A DNA stretch of 59,827 nt from an uncultured bacterium. GTDB taxonomy: Bacteria > Hydrothermota > UBA3072 > B12-G15. Of the stretch, positions 38,181-48,594 are shown one piece after another (the stretch's first letter is position 1; every line of letters starts with the position of its first letter). The translations under genes and the position numbers were made by a program. The stretch spans positions 4,500 through 64,326 of the forward strand of contig CAZQRW010000004.1 in the NCBI GenBank assembly GCA_964596115.1. Direction: 5' to 3'. The notes below the pieces were generated by a model. The model had not been told where the DNA came from. It saw nothing but the letters and a program-made list of their open reading frames with translations, and made no database searches.

Positions 38181-38824
38181 TAGAAACTCTCCCTGAAGAT
38201 AACCTGTAATTCCCTACCAATATCTCCATTTATAATATCTTTTAGGTCTATTTGAATACCAAGAGACATAGACTGATTCAAATATCCAAAATTAAAAATA
38301 TTCTTCTTTGTATACCCGAGGCCAGCAGTATACTCAATTATAAAATAATGAGACTCTCCCAGATTCAAGTATGCATCTCCAAAAAGGTCTGCTTGTTTGT
38401 TATTAAAGTTATAATTGATCCCTGCGCTACCAAAAATCCTTCCAAACCCTATACCTTGCTCCCTGCCTGCGCAAAGATATAAACCTTTAGTTACTGCACC
38501 TGAGAATGGTTCTGTAGAATATCCAACCAGTATATGATTTTCGTAATCCGAAAATAAATATGACCTGACATCAACCCATAAATCTTTCCCCCAGGTGATA
38601 TCCCCTGTCCCAACAATATTTTCTCCACCATAGGCAATAGACATCATAAAAAAATCCCAGAGGCCTACGCCCAACTTCATTTTTATCCAGTTATCCGGTT
38701 CAACCCTCAGGTTAAAGATAACTTCTCCATGACCAGGGACGACCGGCAATGGATTGTCAACGCCACTAATTGGACCATAAGAACTGCTACTTATTATTGT
38801 CGAAAAAATTATTAAATATATCAT
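38180..38824 (-). CDS. Hypothetical protein, probable outer-membrane beta-barrel (YjbH-like)
   Basis: AGGAGG SD; short hydrophobic N-terminus; amphipathic strands; terminal Phe. Confidence 0.65.
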   Translation of the reverse strand: MIYLIIFSTIISSSSYGPISGVDNPLPVVPGHGEVIFNLRVEPDNWIKMKLGVGLWDFFMMSIAYGGENIVGTGDITWGKDLWVDVRSYLFSDYENHILVGYSTEPFSGAVTKGLYLCAGREQGIGFGRIFGSAGINYNFNNKQADLFGDAYLNLGESHYFIIEYTAGLGYTKKNIFNFGYLNQSMSLGIQIDLKDIINGDIGRELQVIFRESF

Positions 38825-38975
38825 ATAACCTCCTTATTATTTACAAAGGTTTATATATCTATAATACAATTACCATTTAAAAAATCAACAGAAAAAGTCA
38901 CTTTCTATAATCTTCCTTCGGGATGCTGTGAATGTGGAAATAAACGAAAAATACTAAAGAAGAAAGAATGGCTTC

Positions 38976-41900
38976 TTAAAACACCAATCTAAAATTTCCT
39001 TCTCCGAGATGTTCCTTCATTGATTCTATAAGGGGAACCTCAGGTCTTACCCTTGTAGAAGTTCTAATCCTGAGTTGATTTTCTTTCTCTCTGAAGAGAA
39101 AATACAGGGGTACTCTCCCCTTGTAACCCTTTATAATGTTAAAAAGATCGTTTAATTTGGATTCATCGGTATCTTCAAGATCAATTATAACAAATGCCTT
39201 CTTTACCCTCTTTATAACCTGGTCAAAGGGAACAATCTCTTCTGCCCTTACACCAAGTTTATTACCCATCCTCGAAATTTTTCCCTTGATTGCTATCGTT
39301 GTACCTGGTGTCAGAAATGCCTCGAACTTCTCCGCAACCCTTTCAGAAACAGTAACCCTAACGATACCCTCAAGATCCTCAATATACATCTCTATATAGC
39401 TCCCACCATTTCTTCCTTTTTTACTTTTTATTGACACAATCGTCCCCCCACAGGAGATTAGTTTTTCCTCTGGCATTTCCTCCAAAAGGGATGAAGAGGT
39501 AATTAAGGAATTTATGTAATAAGAATAGGATTCCATGGGATGATTCTTGAAATAGAATCCAAAGGCCTCCTGCTCATATATACGAAGCTCGTCCTCAGTG
39601 GGCTTTTCAACTTTAAATCCATTGGCGGGTTGTTGCTCCTCACTAAACAGTGGGTACACCCTGGTTTCTCTACTGCTCTTCCTCTGCCTATTCTGGAGAA
39701 GTAAGAGGAGTTCCCTTCTATTAGTATTTAATTTATCAAAAGCGCCCGCCTTTATCAGATTTTCAATGACCTTTTTATTTACTTTTTTCTCTTCAGTCCT
39801 TTCAAGAAAATCGTTGAAATCTTTATATGGTCCCTTCTTCCTCTCCTCAACTATATCCCCTACAGCATTCACACCAACATTTTTTATTGCGGCAAGACCA
39901 TACATTATCTTATTTTTCATTGGTATAAATCCAGTACTTGACTCATTTATATCAGGAGGAAATACTTCTATATTATGCTTTTTCGCATCCAATATATACT
40001 TCTTAAGCTTATCTGTATTCTCCATCTCACTAGTCATATTGGCAGCAAGAAATTCTGTTAAATAATGTGCCTTCAAATATGCTGTTCTGAAAGAAAGCTC
40101 TGCATAAACTGTACTATGGGATTTGTTAAATGCATATGAAGCGAAGGTTTCTATACTTGAAAATAAATCTTCTGCCTTTTCACTTGGTATCCCGTTGTTC
40201 TCTGCACCCTGAACAAATTTTTCCCTTAATTCATGCATCATAGAATATATTTTCTTCCCCATTGCTTTTCTCATTCTGTCTGCTTCTCCCCAGGAGAAGC
40301 CTGCAACATCCTTTGCCAATCTCATTGCCTGCTCCTGAAAAAGTGGATATCCATATGTTTCTTCAAGGATGCTCTTTAGCTTCGGATGTGAATATGTAAT
40401 CTTTTTCTTGCCTTCCTTTCTTGCAAAAAGCTCTGCAAGATCAATCTGCTGTAGAGGTCCTGGCCTTATTAAGGCCAAAACGAGCACAACTTCTGAAAAA
40501 TTCTTTGGTTTAAACTTTCTTAGTATATTTCTTGCACCACCTTCTTCAAGTTGGAAAACACCAACAGTATCCCCTTTACTCAGTAACTCATATACAGATT
40601 TATCATTCTTGTCTAATTTTCTCATATCAATATCTTCGTTTATGAACTTCAGTGTATTATTTATTACTGAGAGTGTATTTAAACCAAGTATATCCACCTT
40701 CAAGAAACCGAGTTTTTCAAGAATATCCATATCATATTGGGTTTTTATCTCTATTTTACCATTTTTGTTTGGTGCACTTGCACACACAGGTATCAAATTC
40801 TCAATATCTTCCGGTGTAATAACAACACCAGATGCATGAATGCTATGATGCCTTGTAAGTCCCTCAAGCTTTTCAGAGATTTCTATTAATTTTTTAAGGT
40901 CATTTCTCGAATTCACCAATCTTTTCAACTCATTTGAATTTTCTATTGCCTCAGCAAGTGTTGGAGAATCAATCATCTTTGCAATCCTATCAACATCTCC
41001 AGCAGGAATTTCCATCACCCTGCCCACGTCCCTAACTACTGCCTTTGCCTTTAAGACAGAGAAAGAAACGATCTGCGCAACTCTTTTTTTGCCATATTTT
41101 TCTCTTATATAATCTATTACCTCGTCTCTCCTTTCATCCTCAAAGTCTATATCTACATCAGGCATAGATATCCTCTCAGGATTAAGGAATCTTTCAAACA
41201 AAAGATTATGATCAAGGGGGTTTATATCTGTTATTCCCAGGCCGTAAAGAACTATACTACTTGCAGCTGATCCCCTCCCAGGGCCAACTAATATTCCCCT
41301 CTCTCTCGCCGATTTGACAATATCCCTGATGATAAGAAAATAACCTGAAAATTTCATCTTCTGGATGACTGAAAGCTCGTAATTAAGCCTTTCCTCCGTC
41401 CTTTTATCGATCTTACCCAATCTCTCTATTAACCCATCTCTGGTGAGTTTTTCCAGATAATCATATGGGGATGAATATTCTTTGGGTATTTCAAATTTGG
41501 GCATATAGTATTTATCACGCTCTACGGGAATTGTTGTCACTTTGTCTCTAATTTTGATTGTATTCTCTATGGCTTCAGGGAGATCCCTAAAAACTTCTTT
41601 CATCTCTTCCGGTGATTTGAGATAAAATTCACTGGAGGGGAATCTCATTCTATTTTCATCACTGGTAACTTTCTTTGTCTGAACGGCTAAAAGAATATCA
41701 TGTGCCTCTGCATCTTCCCTTCGCAAATAATGACAATCGTTTGTAGCGATTATGGGTATATTATATTTCCTTGAAATATTCAACAGCTCTTCATTCACCC
41801 TTTTTTCATCTTTGGCGCCAACCCTCATTATCTCTATATAAAAATCTTCACCAATTAAGTCCTTAAAGTACTTGGCATGCTCATAAGCCTTCTCAATCTT

Positions 41901-42341
41901 ATTATTCTTTATATCCTTTGAAAGAATACCCTGGAGACAGGCAGAAGAAACGATGAGACCATCATGGTATTTCTCAATTAGCTCAGTATCAAGCCTCGGT
42001 TTCTTATAGAAACCATCTATGTATGAGTACGATGAAATCTTCATAAGATTTTTGTAACCCGTTTCGTTCTTTGCTATAAGCAGGATATGGTATGGAGATT
42101 CATCTTTATTTTTTTTCCTTCTATCCCCGTATACGAAATATCCCTCCATTCCAATTATTGGTTTTATATGATTTTTCATCGCCTTTATATAAAACTCCAT
42201 TGCTCCAAACATCCCCCCGTGGTCAGTCAAAGCAACAGAGTCCATTCCGAGCTCCTTTACTCTCTTTATAAGGTCATCTATCTTTATTGCCCCATCAAGG
42301 AATGAATATTGAGAATGAATATGTAAATGAACGAAACTCAT
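38976..42341 (-). CDS. dnaE: DNA polymerase III alpha subunit
   Basis: PHP HLHIHSQYSFLDG; GRGSAASS; RISMPDVDIDF; KVDILGL; YAFNKSHS; OB fold; no intein seen. Confidence 0.98.
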   Translation of the reverse strand: MSFVHLHIHSQYSFLDGAIKIDDLIKRVKELGMDSVALTDHGGMFGAMEFYIKAMKNHIKPIIGMEGYFVYGDRRKKNKDESPYHILLIAKNETGYKNLMKISSYSYIDGFYKKPRLDTELIEKYHDGLIVSSACLQGILSKDIKNNKIEKAYEHAKYFKDLIGEDFYIEIMRVGAKDEKRVNEELLNISRKYNIPIIATNDCHYLRREDAEAHDILLAVQTKKVTSDENRMRFPSSEFYLKSPEEMKEVFRDLPEAIENTIKIRDKVTTIPVERDKYYMPKFEIPKEYSSPYDYLEKLTRDGLIERLGKIDKRTEERLNYELSVIQKMKFSGYFLIIRDIVKSARERGILVGPGRGSAASSIVLYGLGITDINPLDHNLLFERFLNPERISMPDVDIDFEDERRDEVIDYIREKYGKKRVAQIVSFSVLKAKAVVRDVGRVMEIPAGDVDRIAKMIDSPTLAEAIENSNELKRLVNSRNDLKKLIEISEKLEGLTRHHSIHASGVVITPEDIENLIPVCASAPNKNGKIEIKTQYDMDILEKLGFLKVDILGLNTLSVINNTLKFINEDIDMRKLDKNDKSVYELLSKGDTVGVFQLEEGGARNILRKFKPKNFSEVVLVLALIRPGPLQQIDLAELFARKEGKKKITYSHPKLKSILEETYGYPLFQEQAMRLAKDVAGFSWGEADRMRKAMGKKIYSMMHELREKFVQGAENNGIPSEKAEDLFSSIETFASYAFNKSHSTVYAELSFRTAYLKAHYLTEFLAANMTSEMENTDKLKKYILDAKKHNIEVFPPDINESSTGFIPMKNKIMYGLAAIKNVGVNAVGDIVEERKKGPYKDFNDFLERTEEKKVNKKVIENLIKAGAFDKLNTNRRELLLLLQNRQRKSSRETRVYPLFSEEQQPANGFKVEKPTEDELRIYEQEAFGFYFKNHPMESYSYYINSLITSSSLLEEMPEEKLISCGGTIVSIKSKKGRNGGSYIEMYIEDLEGIVRVTVSERVAEKFEAFLTPGTTIAIKGKISRMGNKLGVRAEEIVPFDQVIKRVKKAFVIIDLEDTDESKLNDLFNIIKGYKGRVPLYFLFREKENQLRIRTSTRVRPEVPLIESMKEHLGEGNFRLVF

Positions 42342-43120
42342 TTTTTCCTCACAATCACCCTGTGTATCCTCTGCCTTGAAGACTCAAGGATAGTTATCTC
42401 AAACCCATCTATTCGAACCTTTTCACCTGTTTTAGGTATCCTACCAAGTTTTTTTAAAATGAGGCCCCCAATGGTTCTAACATCTTCCTCACCAAATGAA
42501 ACACCAAAAAGATCCTCAATTGATTCGAGTTCTGCAACTCCCCTCATCATATAAGCGTTATCTGCTACTTTCTTTATAGGGAGTTTGTCCTTATCAAGTT
42601 CATCCTGCAGTTCACCTACGATCTCTTCAATCAGATCTTCCATAGTAACCATCCCTCCCACACCACCATATTCATCAACAACTATCGCCACTGAAATATG
42701 GAGTCTCTGAAATTCTCTGATCGTCTCAAGCACCTTCTTTGTGTAAGGAATAAAATATGGAAGCTTCATAACGTCAACGGCTAATATCTTCCCTTCTGTA
42801 TTCCAGAGTTTCAAAAGCTCTTTGACATAAATCAAGCCTACAATGTTATCAATGGTACCATGAAATACAGGAAGTTTTCCATGCCCCTTTTCACAAAACA
42901 GTTTTACTATCTCATTAATGGATGAATTGGAATCAATTGCTACTATGTCCACCCTTGGAACCATCACCTCTTCTACTGGTGTATCTCCGATCTCAAATAT
43001 GCTTGTGATTAGCTCTTCTTCTTCTTCTGTAATTATTCCTTCTTCTTCGCCACGAGCAATAATCTCTCTCAGACTGCCCTCGTCCTTTATCTTCTTTCTT
43101 CTTCTAAACAGATTAAACAT
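42338..43120 (-). CDS. CBS-pair + CorC_HlyC domain protein (CorC/hemolysin family, no TM domain)
   Basis: EVMVPRVDI; AIVVDEYGG..GMVTMEDLIEEIVGE. Confidence 0.9.
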   Translation of the reverse strand: MFNLFRRRKKIKDEGSLREIIARGEEEGIITEEEEELITSIFEIGDTPVEEVMVPRVDIVAIDSNSSINEIVKLFCEKGHGKLPVFHGTIDNIVGLIYVKELLKLWNTEGKILAVDVMKLPYFIPYTKKVLETIREFQRLHISVAIVVDEYGGVGGMVTMEDLIEEIVGELQDELDKDKLPIKKVADNAYMMRGVAELESIEDLFGVSFGEEDVRTIGGLILKKLGRIPKTGEKVRIDGFEITILESSRQRIHRVIVRKK

Positions 43121-43727
43121 CTATTTTCCTATTTTCAGGGAGGATTATCCCTCCAGAAACCGCAATTCTAAATCCCCAATCCACTGGAATATCTGTTTCA
43201 ATAAGATCCTTAACTGGGTATAAAAGATAAAAACCTGTTGTTATATTTGGAACAGTAGGTACAAACACATTACAGTAATACTCATCCCCAATTTGCCACT
43301 TTTCTTCATTTGTCATAAATGCAATGGTTCTGCTCTCTTTAGAGGGAAAATGAATAATGACTACCTTGCTGAATGCAGATCTGTCAATAAAAATTGTGTC
43401 TGTAAGTTTTTTTGCAGCTGTATATACCCCTTTTATTAAGGGAAGCCTTTCCATAACTCTATTGAAGAGTTTAACAAAGACTCTACCTATATATCCAGAA
43501 GCAAACACGCCTATGAGATAAATCAAAATAACGAGGATGATCAATCCGATAAGAGATTTTACAAACTCGGGGACCATTTCAAAATGGGGAAGATAGATGA
43601 GATATCTCCCTATTAAACCACCCAGTTTTTGCACCAGGAACCAGATAACAAAAATTGTAAGACCTAAGGGGAGAATAGCGGCAATGCCAGCCAAAAAGTT
43701 TCTTTTCCATCGGGTTTTTGTTCTCAT
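43113..43727 (-). CDS. DUF502 family membrane protein
   Basis: FLAGIAAILPLGLT; RLPLIKGVY; FVPTVPNITTGF. Start set at ATG 43727 from promoter geometry. Confidence 0.85.
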   Translation of the reverse strand: MRTKTRWKRNFLAGIAAILPLGLTIFVIWFLVQKLGGLIGRYLIYLPHFEMVPEFVKSLIGLIILVILIYLIGVFASGYIGRVFVKLFNRVMERLPLIKGVYTAAKKLTDTIFIDRSAFSKVVIIHFPSKESRTIAFMTNEEKWQIGDEYYCNVFVPTVPNITTGFYLLYPVKDLIETDIPVDWGFRIAVSGGIILPENRKIDV

Positions 43728-43733
43728 ATATTT

Positions 43734-43763
43734 AATATATACCATCATAAAAGTAGGTGTCAA
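43734..43763 (-). promoter_or_regulatory. Promoter TTGACA-N18-TATATT, 6 nt before the ATG at 43727 (leaderless)
   Basis: Hexamers read directly; the ORF-track start TTG is the -35 itself. Confidence 0.55.
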
Positions 43764-43791
43764 TAGATTTTTCTAAATTATCCTGGGGAAC

Positions 43792-43808
43792 CTGCATTTA
43801 TAATGCAG
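43792..43808. promoter_or_regulatory. Inverted repeat CTGCATT-N3-AATGCAG between divergent promoters
   Basis: 7-bp perfect arms, 6 nt upstream of TTGACA at 43815. Confidence 0.4.
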
Positions 43809-43854
43809 TGTGACTTGACAGAACTGTATGTCTTGATATAAAATAAGTAGGAAA

Positions 43855-44916
43855 ATGAAAATACTCCATACAGCAGATATTCATTTGAGAGAGTACGATG
43901 ACGATAGATGGAAAACACTCCAGAAACTTATCCAGATAGGCAAAAAAGAAGATGTAGAAATCTTTGTCATAAGTGGGGATCTCTTTGACAGGGGCATAGA
44001 TGCAGAAGTCCTAAAAATAAAAATAAGGGATCTATTCTCCAACAACGGGTTCAAAATCCTTTTTATACCGGGAAACCATGATAAAAACTCGTATAAAACA
44101 GGTATATATTTTGGAGATGATGTTGTTATTTTAAACGAGATAAGCAAGTCCTTTAAGTATAAAGACGTAGAAATATGGGGGATGCCCTTTGAACCCATTA
44201 AAGGGGAAACAATCCTGAATAGACTCCATTCACTGGCAAAAAGTTTAGACCCTAAAAAGAAAAATATCCTGCTCTATCATGGTGAATTGCTCGACGCCTT
44301 CTTCTCAAGAAAAGATCTCGGGGATGAGGGTGAAGAAAGATATATGCCTGTAAAGCTATCCTATTTCAAGGATTTAAAGATCGATTATGTGCTCGCTGGC
44401 CATTTTCACTCACGATTTGATTTCTGGAGGCTACAGAGTGGGGGATATTTTGTATATCCTGGTTCACCTATCTCAATCACCCGAAGGGAGACTGGCAGGA
44501 GAAAGGTAAATCTATTTGAGGTAGGGAAGCCACCCCAAGAATATCCCCTTGACTCCCCTTACTACGAGGAGGTAGTCATTAAACTTGATCCAATTAAAGA
44601 CAAAAATCCTGTTGAGAATGTTAAGACTCGCCTCAGCAATCTACCTCCAGAAGCTATGGTTTTATTAACTGTTAAGGGATTTATAAACGGAGAAGTGATA
44701 ATGATGAGCGAGAAAGAATTAAAAATGGAAATAGACAGAATCACAGGGAATAAATGCATTGAAAAAAGATATGAATTCAGTGATATAAGGAGAATTCTTG
44801 AGGATGATTTATTTAAGAAATTTATGGAGAAGCTTCAAGAAACTGATTTAAACGAAGAAAAAAAGAGAGAAATGAGAGACCTGGCAATCGAAGCGATGAT
44901 GGAAACAATGCAATGA
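43855..44916 (+). CDS. SbcD/Mre11-like DNA repair exonuclease (YhaO-like metallophosphoesterase)
   Basis: HTADIHL; SGDLFD; PGNHD; YHG; LAGHFH; YPGSP. Confidence 0.92.
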   Translation: MKILHTADIHLREYDDDRWKTLQKLIQIGKKEDVEIFVISGDLFDRGIDAEVLKIKIRDLFSNNGFKILFIPGNHDKNSYKTGIYFGDDVVILNEISKSFKYKDVEIWGMPFEPIKGETILNRLHSLAKSLDPKKKNILLYHGELLDAFFSRKDLGDEGEERYMPVKLSYFKDLKIDYVLAGHFHSRFDFWRLQSGGYFVYPGSPISITRRETGRRKVNLFEVGKPPQEYPLDSPYYEEVVIKLDPIKDKNPVENVKTRLSNLPPEAMVLLTVKGFINGEVIMMSEKELKMEIDRITGNKCIEKRYEFSDIRRILEDDLFKKFMEKLQETDLNEEKKREMRDLAIEAMMETMQ

Positions 44917-47267
44917 GAATAAAGGAATTCTTCATAAAGAGATATGGGCCATTAAAGGAAAATGATTATCACCTTTCCCCTAACTTCAATGTATTTATTG
45001 GAAAAAACGAGGATGGAAAAACCCTTACAATAGATGCACTTGTAAAATTTTTGCTGGGAAAAAATGTAAAAGAAAAAGAATTTGAAAAAATAAACAGGGT
45101 AGAGGAAAATCCAGAGGGCTACGTAATAGTAGAAGATGAAAAAGGAAAAGAAATCAAACTCCCAGAAAAAGGCAGCCTAACAAAATTCATAGATTTATCC
45201 CCATCCGCATTCCGAAATATCTTTATAATTAGGAATAGTGATCTTTCCATTTCTTCCCCTGAAGAAGAGTTTTATACGAGTGTAACGGATAAACTCACAG
45301 GATTGAGAACCAATCAAATCTCCAAAATAAAAGGTAAACTCCAGGAAATAGGTAAATTGACCCGTCCCGAAAGCGGAGCAGAACTTTCCAACAAACAGGA
45401 TTTCGGGCAAATAAGAAGTAGATTGGAGTATTCAGAGAAATTAATTAAAAGAATAGAGGAATTACAAAATAAGGCAGTTGATGAAGGATTCGATAAAATG
45501 GAAGAAGAAATTGTCTATATCAACGAAAAAATAAAAAAACTTTCACTGCAATTAGATGAATTAGAAAATGCCAGAACGAGGGAGAAATTCGAAAAGGGGA
45601 GCAGGGCACTAAGTATCCTGATCAAGGCAAGAAGTGAAATTAAAAAATTGGACGCTTATAATGAAAAAGACGAACAATTATGGAGGGATTGTGAAAGAGA
45701 CATAAAGAGACTTGGTGAAGAAAAAGAGGGTGCCATAGAAAAACTGAAAAATGCTCAAAAGGCATTGAAAGAGGTGGTTTCAAAATTAAAAAAAGAAGAG
45801 AGAGAATTTTTAATCCTCACGGAAAGAAAAAGAAAATTAGATGCCGATATTAAACCAGCCCTGAGTAATTATGAGGAGAGAAGAAAAGAGCTGGCACAGA
45901 AAAAAGTGTCCAGTAAATACTATGCATATATAGGAAACTTGTCTTTCGTTTTATTTGCCATCTCTTCACTTGGTGCTATCTTCGTTCCAAACCTAAGGAC
46001 ATTGTTTGGAATGTTGAGCTGCTTATTCTCTATCTCAACAATCATTTTTTATGGACTTAGATTTTCATTGATAAGAGAAGATGCCAAACTTGCAGGATTC
46101 TTTGAAGAATTAAGGCTAAACCTCTCAAGGTTTGAATTGGCTGAAGAAAATCCAAAGGAGATTCTTTCCAACATCCAGAGATTTGAAGAGGATTATCAAA
46201 AAAATGATATGGCTGTTCAAGATTTAAAAAGGGAAAAAGAGATTAGAGAGGCTAAAATTAAAGAAATACAAAATACAATAATCCCAGGTATAGAAAAGAA
46301 AATAAACGAGGCAATGGATAAAATAGATGAAATAAAAACAAAATCAATGGTTGGCTCTTTACAGGACTATACTAAAAAATTACGCCTGAAAAATCAGTAT
46401 GAAAATTCTATAAATGAACAGAGGGGTATTTTAGAAAACATCCTGGGAGTGAGTGGTGAAACAATGGAAGAAATGATTTCCAAAACTAATAAAAAGTTAA
46501 AAGGGATAGAAAAATCCAAATCTATGGCTAAAGAAATAGCATTTGATGAAGAAAATTTTTCAAGACTGAAAGAAGACAAAGACATTTTGGAAGAGAAATT
46601 AGATGAATTAAGGAACAAAACTGAAGAATTCAAGAGCCGTCTGGCTGAAATAGAAAGGGAGGCGAATAAAATACTTCAATTAGAAGGAGATTATCTCCCT
46701 TGTGAAACCTCTCGTGATCTAAATGCTATTAAAGAAAGGTTAACAGAATTTATGACAAAAATTGAAAATACCAAATCTAATGTGCTGGACACCTTGAGAA
46801 TATTCGAAGTAATAGAAAAGGAAGAAAAAGAAAGGGTTTCTGAATTATTTGGTGATTCAAGCAATGTTTCAAGATTATTTAGAAAAATAACAGCGGGCCT
46901 TTATAAGGGTGTATTCTTTAATCAGGAATTGGGAAAAGTTGAGGTCTTAAGGAGTGACGGAGTGCCCTTAGATGCAGATAAATTATCCGGAGGGGCGTAT
47001 GATCAATTATACCTCTCCGTTAGACTCTCCCTTGCAGAAAAACTTTTGAAGGATAGAAGTGGATTTTTCATTATGGACGATCCATTTGTAAAGGCAGATC
47101 CCGATAGACTAAAAATACAGATGAACTTAATAAAAAAGATTTCTAAATCAGGCTGGCAAATCCTTTATTTCTCTGCAAAAGGGGAGGTCAGGGATACATT
47201 AAAAGAAGATATCAAAAAGGGAGATGTCACATTGCTCGAAACCCAGGGCATAGCACTTAATTTTTGA
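44913..47267 (+). CDS. YhaN-like (SbcC/Rad50-type) coiled-coil ATPase with central TM hairpin
   Basis: YGP; Walker A GKNEDGKT; long coiled coil; hydrophobic hairpin; LSGGAYDQLYL signature; MDDPFV Walker B. Confidence 0.9.
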   Translation: MRIKEFFIKRYGPLKENDYHLSPNFNVFIGKNEDGKTLTIDALVKFLLGKNVKEKEFEKINRVEENPEGYVIVEDEKGKEIKLPEKGSLTKFIDLSPSAFRNIFIIRNSDLSISSPEEEFYTSVTDKLTGLRTNQISKIKGKLQEIGKLTRPESGAELSNKQDFGQIRSRLEYSEKLIKRIEELQNKAVDEGFDKMEEEIVYINEKIKKLSLQLDELENARTREKFEKGSRALSILIKARSEIKKLDAYNEKDEQLWRDCERDIKRLGEEKEGAIEKLKNAQKALKEVVSKLKKEEREFLILTERKRKLDADIKPALSNYEERRKELAQKKVSSKYYAYIGNLSFVLFAISSLGAIFVPNLRTLFGMLSCLFSISTIIFYGLRFSLIREDAKLAGFFEELRLNLSRFELAEENPKEILSNIQRFEEDYQKNDMAVQDLKREKEIREAKIKEIQNTIIPGIEKKINEAMDKIDEIKTKSMVGSLQDYTKKLRLKNQYENSINEQRGILENILGVSGETMEEMISKTNKKLKGIEKSKSMAKEIAFDEENFSRLKEDKDILEEKLDELRNKTEEFKSRLAEIEREANKILQLEGDYLPCETSRDLNAIKERLTEFMTKIENTKSNVLDTLRIFEVIEKEEKERVSELFGDSSNVSRLFRKITAGLYKGVFFNQELGKVEVLRSDGVPLDADKLSGGAYDQLYLSVRLSLAEKLLKDRSGFFIMDDPFVKADPDRLKIQMNLIKKISKSGWQILYFSAKGEVRDTLKEDIKKGDVTLLETQGIALNF

Positions 47268-47425
47268 CAGCTTGACCTGCGAAATTTTTCATTTTAGTTT
47301 CCTGCCATTCTTTAACTTGCTTCTCTTCTACCTTGTCTTTAATGTTGACATTCTTACAGGGTTTAGGTATTAATTGTATATGTTACTGCATAATACCAAT
47401 AATCTAACTAAAGGATTTAACAGGG

Positions 47426-48487
47426 ATGAAGATTCTTATGGATATGGGCCCTCAAGTCAATAAAACCAAAATAACAATCCGCAGGAAATCAATAATTATT
47501 GGTCTAAGGGTTTTTATTGCGCTCTCCGTATTAACAATAACTACTCTTTTGATTTTTACAGCAACAAGAGAAACAGGAAAGGCATTGTTAAAGGTGAATC
47601 CCATTTATCTTCTCCTTATATTAGGGCTCCTTTCTCTTTACATAATCCTTGAGGCTACAAGAATAAGATTGATTGCCTATGCAATTACAGGCAATTGGAT
47701 ACCAATTACCTATGCCCTTCAGGTTATATTCTGCGGTGCGTTTCTCTCTGCAGTTACCCCCTTTCAGGCAGGCGGTGCCCCAATCCAGATCTACATATTG
47801 TGGAAGGCTGGTCTTAAATGGGGAGAGACATTTCTTTTGCTAATCCTGCGTGGTATCTTTTATCTTTTAGCCCTGGCACTGTTCTTTCCAGTAATACTTC
47901 CATATTTCCAGAGGTCCTATACCGGACGGTCTATGCAAATCCTATCAAAGTATTCAATATTTGCATATTTACTCATACTGGGAGCCTTCCTACTGATTCT
48001 CTTCTACCCCAAACCATTAAAAAAACTCCTGTACAGTCTTACCTATAGAAGGGGAAAAAGGACAGATGCAACGAGAAGATTATTCGGTTTTGTTCGTGAA
48101 GTTAGAAGGATGAGAAGGGGCTTTTTCGATTTTGTAAAAAAGAGGAAACTTCTCTCAATTGGGATTCTTATCTTTACCATTATTGTATATATTCCCAACT
48201 ATTCCATCGCACTTCTAATTTTGCATAGTCTTTCAATCAAGGCCCCTTATATTGATACAATCTTCCGCCAGATATTCCTTATATTCTCTGCATTCTTCTT
48301 TCCCACCCCTGGTGCTGAAGGAATAATAGAAGGTGGTTTTACTGTTCTTTTTTACAATTCTGTTCCCAAATACCTTATCGGTGTTTTTGCCATTTTATGG
48401 AGATTTTTTACATATCAACTGATTGTAATTATAGGTGGCTTTCTCAGTTTAAAACTCCTACGAATGAAGAAAATACTATCCCGATAA
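47426..48487 (+). CDS. UPF0104 / lysylphosphatidylglycerol synthase TM-region family membrane protein
   Basis: AVTPFQAGGAP; PTPGAEGIIEG; LWRFFTY. Confidence 0.88.
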   Translation: MKILMDMGPQVNKTKITIRRKSIIIGLRVFIALSVLTITTLLIFTATRETGKALLKVNPIYLLLILGLLSLYIILEATRIRLIAYAITGNWIPITYALQVIFCGAFLSAVTPFQAGGAPIQIYILWKAGLKWGETFLLLILRGIFYLLALALFFPVILPYFQRSYTGRSMQILSKYSIFAYLLILGAFLLILFYPKPLKKLLYSLTYRRGKRTDATRRLFGFVREVRRMRRGFFDFVKKRKLLSIGILIFTIIVYIPNYSIALLILHSLSIKAPYIDTIFRQIFLIFSAFFFPTPGAEGIIEGGFTVLFYNSVPKYLIGVFAILWRFFTYQLIVIIGGFLSLKLLRMKKILSR

Positions 48488-48594
48488 TAAGAATGGAGTC
48501 AGTCGTACAGTTTTAGAAAAAAAATATTTTCTGCTTGAAAATTCCCTTTTTTTTCTCATATGTCAGTGATTGTTGCCTATCATGAATTTATTAC

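Noticed and set aside
39598-40839. Plus-strand ORFs of about 155 aa opposite dnaE
   Set aside because: Antisense shadows; dnaE is intact and has no intein
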